From assembly GCA_963521545.1 (NCBI GenBank), contig CAUQVP010000001.1, positions 1 through 57,370 on the forward strand: a DNA stretch of 57,370 nt, read 5' to 3'. This DNA comes from an uncultured Flavobacteriaceae bacterium (GTDB lineage: Bacteria > Bacteroidota > Bacteroidia > Flavobacteriales > Weeksellaceae). The notes beneath the pieces were generated by a model. That model searched no databases, was not told the origin of the DNA, and saw nothing but the letters and a program-made list of their open reading frames with translations. The position numbers and the translations under genes are program-made. Shown here in pieces: positions 1 through 8,787 of this stretch (positions within the stretch are counted from its first letter, which is position 1; every line of letters starts with the position of its first letter).

Positions 1-52
1 AAGTTTTGCCCGATCCAGCCGAGGCATTGATGACAGTATAAGTGGATTTCAT
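1..52 (-). CDS. partial CDS (5' end only): UvrD/AddA-like ATP-dependent helicase N-terminus
   Basis: Reverse-strand ATG at 50-52 reads MKSTYTVINASAGSGKT. That places a Walker A (GSGKT) in the first 17 codons, as in UvrD/AddA-type helicases. The ORF runs off the window edge. Confidence 0.45.
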   Translation of the reverse strand, partial: MKSTYTVINASAGSGKT

Positions 53-135
53 TTTTAGGAAAAATTTTCTCAAAAGTAAGTAAAAAAAAAATCCCTTCAA
101 ATAGAAAATAATTTTTAGAATTCATAGGTTTTCGT

Positions 136-143
136 TAGATTTG
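136..143 (+). promoter_or_regulatory. candidate Bacteroidota -7 promoter box (TAgaTTTG) upstream of eno
   Basis: tagatttg at 136-143 is an exact match to the TAnnTTTG consensus, 44 nt upstream of the eno ATG. I found no clear -33 TTG. Confidence 0.35.
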
Positions 144-174
144 TGAAACGAATAAAAATTAATTATAACATTAA

Positions 175-1479
<1,305 letters not shown>

Positions 1480-1491
1480 TAAATAAATTTA

Positions 1492-1770
1492 ATGAATAAA
1501 ATGGGAAACCAGAATTTTCAAAATCCTTCGCCTATTTATCGAGATAATAAAAAAGTCTTAGCAGGAGTTTTAGCTATCATGTTAGGAAGTTTTGGTATTC
1601 ATAAATTTATTTTAGGATACACCAAAGAGGGAGTTCTTCAAATATTAATGAGTTTTTTCTCATGTGGATTAGCAAGTGTTATTCCTTTTGTAGAAGGGAT
1701 AATCTATCTGACAAAATCTGATGAAGAATTTTACCAAATTTATCAAGTAGGGAGAAGACCTTGGTTTTAA
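1492..1770 (+). CDS. TM2 domain-containing small membrane protein
   Basis: 92 aa with two hydrophobic helices and a TM2-like core (KKVLAGVLAIMLGSFGIHKFILGY). Confidence 0.75.
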   Translation: MNKMGNQNFQNPSPIYRDNKKVLAGVLAIMLGSFGIHKFILGYTKEGVLQILMSFFSCGLASVIPFVEGIIYLTKSDEEFYQIYQVGRRPWF

Positions 1771-1835
1771 GATGATATCCAAAATATATAAAAGATTTGT
1801 TTGTGGATTAGATACATTTAAAAAAATAAGAGATA

Positions 1836-2414
1836 ATGAAAAGAAGATTAATATTATTTCTGATGCTCATGGTTCAGTTTTTCATGGCGCAGAACAAAGT
1901 GGAGGATTATCTTCATTTAGGAGATAAATATAGATTTGATAATAAAGATTATAAATTGGTATGGAGTTCCCATCCAGCGAGTAATTTCTACAAGCAGGAG
2001 TATATTTTGCCAAATGAAAATGTAGAAAAATACACGAGAATGATTATGATTGATTTCTTGGAAGGGGATTTGACTCCAAAGGACGCGATAAGTAATTTTG
2101 TCAATAATTTGGAGAATAGCAAAAAGCAAAATCCTATCATAAATTATCAAATGTATGAAAGAGAGGGTGAATATATGCTTGATTTTATAATAAGTAAAAA
2201 CTCTCAGGATGGAAAGGAAGTTCTTATTTTAGAAAGAAATGTTTATCGATATTTTAGAATAAATACACCGAAGAGAAAGGGTGTTTTGCTTTTTGGCGTT
2301 AGTGACAGAGCATATACTAAAAAAGAGATGGATAATATGTTTTCTGTCTTGAAAAATAAAAAACTTGATTTAGTAAATAAAATAATCCAAATAGAAGTTC
2401 CTAAAATAAAATAA
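1836..2414 (+). CDS. hypothetical secreted protein
   Basis: 192 aa with an N-terminal signal peptide (MKRRLILFLMLMVQFFMAQ). No recognisable domain. Confidence 0.55.
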   Translation: MKRRLILFLMLMVQFFMAQNKVEDYLHLGDKYRFDNKDYKLVWSSHPASNFYKQEYILPNENVEKYTRMIMIDFLEGDLTPKDAISNFVNNLENSKKQNPIINYQMYEREGEYMLDFIISKNSQDGKEVLILERNVYRYFRINTPKRKGVLLFGVSDRAYTKKEMDNMFSVLKNKKLDLVNKIIQIEVPKIK

Positions 2415-2466
2415 TTTTTAAGAAAGGATAGGTAACAAGTCTTTTCTTAACATTACAGCAAAAATT

Positions 2467-3381
2467 ATGAGATTAAATATTAATAACGAAACAGGAAGAT
2501 TAAAATCAGTAGTTCTTGGTCAGCCAGTATCTATGGGAGCAGACCCTACTTTGGAGGAGAGTTATGATGCGAAATCATACCACACCATCCAGCAGGGCGT
2601 TTACCCAAAGGAAGAAGATATTATCAATGAAATGACTGAGTTTGAAAAAGTTCTCAAGAAATACGATGTGGAGGTTATTCGTCCAGATATTATCAAAGAT
2701 TATAATCAAGTCTTCGCGCGAGATGTGGCGTTTGTCATAGAAGACAAGATGATATTGTCCAACCTTATTCCAGACAGAGCCGATGAACAGGAAGCTTACT
2801 CCAAAATATTCGAACAAGTGGAGTGGCGTAAAATCATCAACCTGCCAGACACAGCCCACATAGAAGGGGGAGATGTGATAGTATGGAATGATTTCTTGTT
2901 CATAGGAACTTGTTTTAGTGAGGATTATAGAAATTTCAAAACGGCGAGAACTAACGAATACGCCATAGAAATTCTCAAAGAATATTTTCCTAAAAAAAGG
3001 ATAATAGACCTAGAACTAAAAAAGAATGACACTGTTCCGTATGAAGGCATTTTGCATCTAGATTGTACATTTAATCCCGTAGGAAAGGACAAATGTATCA
3101 TCTACAAAGATGGTTTTGTGGATGAGAGTGATTACAGACTGATTTTGGATATTTTTGGGGAAGAAAATTGTTTCCATGTTACCAAAGAAGAAATGTTTGA
3201 AATGAATCCAAATATTTTTTCGATTTTGCCAGAAGTAGTCGTTTCGGATGCCGCTTTCACAAGGATGAACAGATATTTACAAGATGTTTGGAATATTAAA
3301 GTAGAAGAAATCCCTTATCGCGAGATATCCAAAATGGGAGGGCTTTTAAGATGCTCTACCATGCCGCTGGTAAGGGAATAA
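2467..3381 (+). CDS. amidinotransferase / dimethylarginine dimethylaminohydrolase-family enzyme (guanidino-group modifying superfamily)
   Basis: 304 aa. HLDC motif and a C-terminal catalytic-Cys motif (GGLLRCSTMPL) typical of the DDAH / arginine deiminase fold. Confidence 0.7.
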   Translation: MRLNINNETGRLKSVVLGQPVSMGADPTLEESYDAKSYHTIQQGVYPKEEDIINEMTEFEKVLKKYDVEVIRPDIIKDYNQVFARDVAFVIEDKMILSNLIPDRADEQEAYSKIFEQVEWRKIINLPDTAHIEGGDVIVWNDFLFIGTCFSEDYRNFKTARTNEYAIEILKEYFPKKRIIDLELKKNDTVPYEGILHLDCTFNPVGKDKCIIYKDGFVDESDYRLILDIFGEENCFHVTKEEMFEMNPNIFSILPEVVVSDAAFTRMNRYLQDVWNIKVEEIPYREISKMGGLLRCSTMPLVRE

Positions 3382-3393
3382 AAAATAGAGAAA

Positions 3394-4317
3394 ATGCAGA
3401 CAACCAACACCGTTCTTATGATAGAACCTGTGGCGTTTGGCTATAATGCCCAGACTGCCGAGAACAACTATTTCCAAATAAACTCCGAGAACGAAAATAC
3501 TCAGCTGAAAGCTTTGGCTGAGTTTAATGCTTTTGTGGAAAAACTTCGTTCTCATGGAATCAATGTTATCGTGGTTAAAGACACTCTGGAGCCGCATACG
3601 CCAGATTCTATTTTCCCAAATAACTGGGTGAGTTTCAGCCCAGAGGGAAGGGTAGTTCTCTATCCGATGTTCGCACCGAACCGAAGAGACGAACGCCGAA
3701 TGGACATCATAGAAAAGATGAAAAATGAAGGTTTTGAGGTTAAAGAAATCATAGATTTTACTCAGTCTGAAAAGGAGGACAAGTTTTTGGAAGGAACGGG
3801 AAGCATCATCTTTGACCAAGATAATAAGATAGCATACGGCTCGGTTTCTGTTCGGCTGGATGAGAATTTGTTCCGTGAATTTTGCACGAAAATCGGTTTT
3901 AAACCTATTGTTTTTCATTCGTATCAGACCATAGGCCAAAAACGGATGCCTATCTATCATACCAATGTGATGATGTGTCTGGCGGATAAGTTTGCGGTGA
4001 TTTGTCTCGATTGTATAGATGATGAAACGGAGCGAAAACAGGTGGTAGAAGCCATAGAAAAATCAGGAAAAGAAATTATAGCCATCAGCGAAGAGCAGAT
4101 GCATAATTTTGCGGGAAATATGCTCCAGCTGCATAACGACAAAGGAGATAAGTTCCTGATAATGAGCCAGACGGCATATGGCTCACTCACGCAGGAGCAG
4201 ATAAAAAATATTGAAAAATACAGCCAAATCATTTCTTCTGATTTGAGGACGATAGAAATCAACGGTGGCGGCGGTGCCAGATGTATGCTTGCGGAAGTGT
4301 TTTTACCAAAGAAATAG
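3394..4317 (+). CDS. arginine deiminase-related / citrulline utilization hydrolase CtlX-like protein
   Basis: 307 aa. The N-terminus (VLMIEPVAFGYNAQTAENNYFQ) and the C-terminal GGGGARCMLAEVF catalytic-Cys motif match the CtlX-type subfamily. Confidence 0.7.
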   Translation: MQTTNTVLMIEPVAFGYNAQTAENNYFQINSENENTQLKALAEFNAFVEKLRSHGINVIVVKDTLEPHTPDSIFPNNWVSFSPEGRVVLYPMFAPNRRDERRMDIIEKMKNEGFEVKEIIDFTQSEKEDKFLEGTGSIIFDQDNKIAYGSVSVRLDENLFREFCTKIGFKPIVFHSYQTIGQKRMPIYHTNVMMCLADKFAVICLDCIDDETERKQVVEAIEKSGKEIIAISEEQMHNFAGNMLQLHNDKGDKFLIMSQTAYGSLTQEQIKNIEKYSQIISSDLRTIEINGGGGARCMLAEVFLPKK

Positions 4318-4336
4318 CAGAAAAAAAGTTTTAATC

Positions 4337-5092
4337 ATGACAGAAAACATCAAAAAGTTACAAGAGTTATTGGACTGCGAGGTCATTCCTGTTGCCCAAA
4401 ATACAGACCCAAAACAATTGGTAGAAACTTATCTAAAGCTTTGGCAGGAAGGCAAAGAGCAGAAATTCACGCCCGTGATAGTGACAGCGGATGATATATT
4501 GCTTGAAAAATTTGAACTAGATTTGGAGGATGAGGATTTGGATTTCACAAAGGAAGGAATGAAAACTTATCGTGAAAAAATCCTTGCCGAAGCGCAGAAA
4601 CTAAACGGAGCCGATTTTTATAAAGAAGAGAAAAAAGAGTTTTTGGGAGAGGTTTCTGTTGATGAAATTCAGTGGGAAGTGCCAGAGGGTGAGGAACTGA
4701 TGTTTAGTGCTTATTTGGACATTGATTATGATGATGAGAGCAAAAGCACGATAAAAAAAGATGTAGTCATCGTAAAACTTCCGACAGAAAAATCCTATGA
4801 AGCCTTTGCATGGCTGCCGATGGGCGGGTTTAATGACTGTCCGCTTCCAGCCGAAATGACCGCGATGGCAAAATATTGGTACGAAAAACACGGAGCAGAA
4901 TTGGCGACAATCACCTATGATACAGCTGAATTTTACCTAAATCAGCCAATTTCTGATAAAGAAGCCTTGGTGGAGCTTGCCATAGAGCAGTATCTTTTTG
5001 ATGTGGATATCGTGGAGCAGGGCGTGGGCGATGTGGAATCCCTTGTGGAAACACTTTATCAAAACAAGCAGTGGTATTTTTGGTGGGATTAA
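4337..5092 (+). CDS. DUF4253-like hypothetical protein
   Basis: The track ORF 4265-5092 overlaps the previous gene, so I trimmed it to the ATG at 4337 (MTENIKKLQ). The C-terminal WLPMGGFNDCP...MAKYWYEKHGAEL region resembles DUF4253. Confidence 0.55.
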   Translation: MTENIKKLQELLDCEVIPVAQNTDPKQLVETYLKLWQEGKEQKFTPVIVTADDILLEKFELDLEDEDLDFTKEGMKTYREKILAEAQKLNGADFYKEEKKEFLGEVSVDEIQWEVPEGEELMFSAYLDIDYDDESKSTIKKDVVIVKLPTEKSYEAFAWLPMGGFNDCPLPAEMTAMAKYWYEKHGAELATITYDTAEFYLNQPISDKEALVELAIEQYLFDVDIVEQGVGDVESLVETLYQNKQWYFWWD

Positions 5093-5099
5093 ACTAAAA

Positions 5100-6275
5100 A
5101 TGGGAAATATGAAAAACAATATTATCAAAGGAATAATCTTTTTAATGGGATTGTTTGAAGTTCAGGCTCAGGATGTTACACTTCCATTTGAATTGTATGA
5201 AAATAAATATATTTTGATAAAACTTCCTACAGAGAAGGATAGTTTGACATTTTATTTTGATACAGGAGCTACAACCACATTACTCGACAAGGAGACAGCA
5301 GGTAAGTTTGGATTAAAAGCAAATTATCAACAGAAAGTTTCAGGAGCAGGAGGAGAAAAGATATATGATGTAGTTTTGAATCAAAAAATTTTCCTTACCA
5401 AAGATAAAAGTATAGATGGAGTACATTTCGTACTTGAAGATTTATCAAGGCTAAAAAGTCTTTTGGAGAAGCCTTTTGATGGGATTATAGGTAATGACAT
5501 TATCAAAAATTATGTCACCAAAATAGACTTTAAGAAAAAACAAATAGAATTATACAAGGATTCTATGCCCGAAAAGGAAGGGTTCACAGGGATTTCTTTT
5601 AGTTTTAAAAATAATATACCGATACCTCAGTTTCCGATTACAATAGAAATGGATGGTGGATGGAAGTTTTCAGGAGATGTTTTTTTTGATAGTGGGGCGG
5701 GGCTTTCGTTACTTTTTAATGCACCATTTGTAGAGGAAAAATTCCTTACTTATAAGTTGGGTAAAAGTTTCGTTACTGATTCAAACAACCTTAGTAATAA
5801 GACCAAAACAATAAATACTAAAATCAAAAGGATAAAATTGGGAAGTTTCGCATTTGATAATGTTCCAGTTGCTTTATCCTCTGATAAAGAAGGTGTAAGT
5901 TCTTATAAAGAATATTTGGGGATTTTGGGGAGTGAGATTATCAATCGTTTTGATATTATTCTGGATTACAAGGATATGATATTGTATGTAAAACCTAATC
6001 ATTTATATAACAATAAGTTTGAAATCCCAGTAAGTCCCATTAAATTGAAAAAATCTGAAAATGGAATTTTAATTTCCAGCGTGGTTGAAAACTCAGAAGC
6101 AGAAAAATTGGGACTAAAAGAAGGGCAGAAAATAATATCCATAAACGGCAAGGTTACTAATGATATAGCGGTTTATCGTAAAATGCTGAGTCAAAAGAAC
6201 AAAAATGTTGTCATAAAATATCAGGATGGTGAAGAAGAGAAAAAAATCAAGTTAAAGTTAAAAGAACTTCTATAA
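5100..6275 (+). CDS. secreted retropepsin-like aspartyl protease with C-terminal PDZ domain
   Basis: Trimmed to the ATG at 5100 (MGNMKNNIIKGIIFLMGLFEVQAQ signal peptide). Two aspartic-protease half-site motifs (FDTGATTT and FDSGAGLS). PDZ-like C-terminus (VENSEAEKLGLKEGQKIISINGK). Confidence 0.7.
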   Translation: MGNMKNNIIKGIIFLMGLFEVQAQDVTLPFELYENKYILIKLPTEKDSLTFYFDTGATTTLLDKETAGKFGLKANYQQKVSGAGGEKIYDVVLNQKIFLTKDKSIDGVHFVLEDLSRLKSLLEKPFDGIIGNDIIKNYVTKIDFKKKQIELYKDSMPEKEGFTGISFSFKNNIPIPQFPITIEMDGGWKFSGDVFFDSGAGLSLLFNAPFVEEKFLTYKLGKSFVTDSNNLSNKTKTINTKIKRIKLGSFAFDNVPVALSSDKEGVSSYKEYLGILGSEIINRFDIILDYKDMILYVKPNHLYNNKFEIPVSPIKLKKSENGILISSVVENSEAEKLGLKEGQKIISINGKVTNDIAVYRKMLSQKNKNVVIKYQDGEEEKKIKLKLKELL

Positions 6276-6281
6276 ATACAT

Positions 6282-6318
6282 AAAATCTCCACTGCTAAAA
6301 TAGTGGAGATTTTTATTT
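6282..6318 (+). terminator. rho-independent terminator
   Basis: Stem aaaatctccact / agtggagatttt followed by a T-run, immediately after the 6275 stop. Confidence 0.6.
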
Positions 6319-6466
6319 AAATTTCCGAAATAATTAGAAAAACATAAACGAGAGTTCACTGAAACTTTGCTAAAGAAACGCCGAAGCAAAAACAAAAGCT
6401 CATACAAAAACGGATAAAGTAAATTATTTAAATAAAAAAATAAAGAGAAAGAAGAAAAATATTATA

Positions 6467-6838
6467 ATGAAAATAAAGAACTACATATATTTTATATTTT
6501 TTATTGCTATATCAGTATTTACAGCGAGTGCTTATTTTGATATAAAAAATAAAGAAAATTTTATAAAAAATAATAAACCTGTTAAAGTATATATTCTTAA
6601 TATTCATAGGTTTGCAAAATCATCATCTACTTGCGATATTAAATATGATAATAGAATATACAAAGGAATACCTTACCCAAGTAAGTTAAAAGAGGGCGAG
6701 TATAATGATGATATTTTCTATTATGATGAAGAAGAGGATGCTGTATTTGTAGGTAAAATAGAATATAAGATTATATATATCTTATTGTGTTTATCTTTCT
6801 TCTTTCTGTTTTTATGGCTAAAAAGTATATGGAAGTAA
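6467..6838 (+). CDS. hypothetical membrane protein (N- and C-terminal TM helices)
   Basis: 123 aa in the very AT-rich islet. Hydrophobic N-terminus (IYFIFFIAISVFTASA) and C-terminus (IIYILLCLSFFFLFLWL). Confidence 0.45.
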   Translation: MKIKNYIYFIFFIAISVFTASAYFDIKNKENFIKNNKPVKVYILNIHRFAKSSSTCDIKYDNRIYKGIPYPSKLKEGEYNDDIFYYDEEEDAVFVGKIEYKIIYILLCLSFFFLFLWLKSIWK

Positions 6839-6854
6839 TATAATAATATACCAA

Positions 6855-7190
6855 ATGAAGACAAAACGAATTTTATCAATAACCATTATAGCGGGTTTTA
6901 TAATAACGATGATTGTAATTCAAATTGATAGAAATATTCATGAAAGAAATATGTATGAATCAGAAATAAAAGGTATTCTTTGGAAAATAGTTTTAAAAAA
7001 AGGAGGACATCATTATTATTACGATAAGTATAATAAAAGGGAGTATTTTATAGATGATGATTTTTTTCAAGACAGAAGTGAAAAAAATATAGTAATAGGA
7101 GATTCTATATATAAACCTTCCCATAGTAAAGAGATTTATATTTATAGAAAAGTAAATAATAAGTACAAATTGATTGTTGAAAGTAGATGA
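6855..7190 (+). CDS. hypothetical membrane-anchored protein, paralog 1
   Basis: 111 aa with an N-terminal TM helix. 49 of 111 positions are identical to the 7276-7620 product in my ungapped hand alignment (shared NMYxSEIKG...GGHHY...YIYRK). Confidence 0.55.
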   Translation: MKTKRILSITIIAGFIITMIVIQIDRNIHERNMYESEIKGILWKIVLKKGGHHYYYDKYNKREYFIDDDFFQDRSEKNIVIGDSIYKPSHSKEIYIYRKVNNKYKLIVESR

Positions 7191-7275
7191 TTTTTCAGAT
7201 GAGCTTGGTTTAATATGAGTGAAATCTAACATTTTGATAAATAGGGAATAAAGCAAATTATTCAAATAAAAAATA

Positions 7276-7620
7276 ATGAAAAAGAAGAAAAATATTATAA
7301 TAATGTTTCTGCTAAGCATCATTGTAATAAATGTATCTGATTATATTATAAGAAAAATACAAAAACAAAATATGTATAAATCAGAAATAAAAGGTGTGGT
7401 TTGGGATATTTTTCTAAAAAGAGGAGGACACCATTATCGTTATAATAGAAATGATAAAGGAGATTATTTTGTGGATGAACATTTTTTCAATGATAAACCT
7501 TCAAATATTATAAAAAAGAATGATTCTGTATATAAAGCACCCAACAGCGAAAAACTCTATATATACAGAAAAATAAATAATACTTATGTTCTTGTTGGAC
7601 AAAGTCAAAAATGGTGGTAA
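7276..7620 (+). CDS. hypothetical membrane-anchored protein, paralog 2
   Basis: 114 aa, colinear with the 6855-7190 product. An alternative in-frame ATG lies at 7303. Confidence 0.55.
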   Translation: MKKKKNIIIMFLLSIIVINVSDYIIRKIQKQNMYKSEIKGVVWDIFLKRGGHHYRYNRNDKGDYFVDEHFFNDKPSNIIKKNDSVYKAPNSEKLYIYRKINNTYVLVGQSQKWW

Positions 7621-7686
7621 GTAATATCTCAATGTGTTTGGTTTTATCCATATAAAAACTTTTTAGTAAAAAAATAATAACACCAT

Positions 7687-8283
7687 ATGAAGTATATCAA
7701 AACTAAAGTAAATAAAATATTGTTAGTGGTATTATTATGTTTGTGTTTAGGTTGTGAGAAAAAGAGTGCATTGCCTCAAAATAACCCCATAAATAATGAA
7801 CTGAAAGATATAAACATAGATGTTTTACATACTATGGAAAATAATAATGATTTTTTAATCACTATTAATATTGAAAATAAAAGCAATGAATATTACTGTA
7901 TGATATATGATTATGAGGGGGATTTAGATAAAAGAATATACTCTAAAATAAAGAGTGTAAATAAAGATGTGGTTGAAATCAGTTACTATCCTTTTTATAG
8001 TGAAATTGTAAGTAAACACCGTGAGGAACAAGAAGATAGAGATCCACCTGTAATATCATTAGATGATTTTATTTTTTTAATAATTGGTCCTCAAGAAAAA
8101 GAAGAAATTACACTCTCAATAAAATATGATTTATTGAAAAAATATGAAACAAAAAGATTAAAATTGTATTTCTCAAAATATAAAAATGAAGATTCTTTAA
8201 ATTCCAAATTTATAAGAATTTCTCCTACAAAAGATGCTATGTCATACTATAATTTTAAAGAGAAGTTGATAGAAATTAGGTAA
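7687..8283 (+). CDS. hypothetical lipoprotein
   Basis: 198 aa with a signal peptide and lipobox (LCLCLGC). No recognisable domain. Confidence 0.5.
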   Translation: MKYIKTKVNKILLVVLLCLCLGCEKKSALPQNNPINNELKDINIDVLHTMENNNDFLITINIENKSNEYYCMIYDYEGDLDKRIYSKIKSVNKDVVEISYYPFYSEIVSKHREEQEDRDPPVISLDDFIFLIIGPQEKEEITLSIKYDLLKKYETKRLKLYFSKYKNEDSLNSKFIRISPTKDAMSYYNFKEKLIEIR

Positions 8284-8311
8284 TCTTCCAAATGTATTTT
8301 TCACTCACAAT

Positions 8312-8348
8312 AAAAAATCTCCTAATCATTTTGATGAGGAGATTTTTG
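8312..8348. terminator. bidirectional rho-independent terminator between convergent genes
   Basis: Stem aaaatctcctaatc / gatgaggagatttt with one mismatch, an A-run upstream and a T-run downstream. It lies between the 8283 (+) and 8376 (-) gene ends. Confidence 0.55.
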
Positions 8349-8375
8349 TTTAAATTTCTAAAAACAATGAAAATT

Positions 8376-8783
8376 TTATTTCAAACTTAAAACAGCCAGT
8401 CTGTAGCCATCTAACCCAAATCCAGAGATGACACCGTTGCAATGAGCCGCAGTTACTGACTTTTGTCTAAATTCTTCTCTCGCATAGATGTTGCTGATAT
8501 GGACTTCTATTTTTGGTTTTTGAATGTTTCTGAGACAGTCTGTAATCGCATAGGAGTAATGAGTATAGGCCGCAGGATTGATGATAAGAGCCTCATAATC
8601 ATCTTCTTGCAGTCTGTTGATGATTTCTCCTTCTACATTGGATTGGAAAAATAGAATTTCATCTTCAGGAAATTTTTCCTTTAGATTTTCTAAAAAATCA
8701 GCCATAGAAACCGTTCCATAGATTTCAGGCTCACGAGTTCCGAGGAGGTTTAGATTAGGACCATTGACGATTAGAATTTTCAT
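8376..8783 (-). CDS. aroQ: type II 3-dehydroquinate dehydratase
   Basis: 135 aa. MKILIVNGPNLNLLGTREPEIYG and INPAAYTHYSYAI are hallmark AroQ motifs. Confidence 0.95.
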   Translation of the reverse strand: MKILIVNGPNLNLLGTREPEIYGTVSMADFLENLKEKFPEDEILFFQSNVEGEIINRLQEDDYEALIINPAAYTHYSYAITDCLRNIQKPKIEVHISNIYAREEFRQKSVTAAHCNGVISGFGLDGYRLAVLSLK

Positions 8784-8787
8784 ACCG

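Noticed and set aside
3346-3960. 204-aa minus-strand ORF overlapping the CtlX-like gene
   Set aside because: It is antisense to a gene with clear family motifs and has no motifs of its own.
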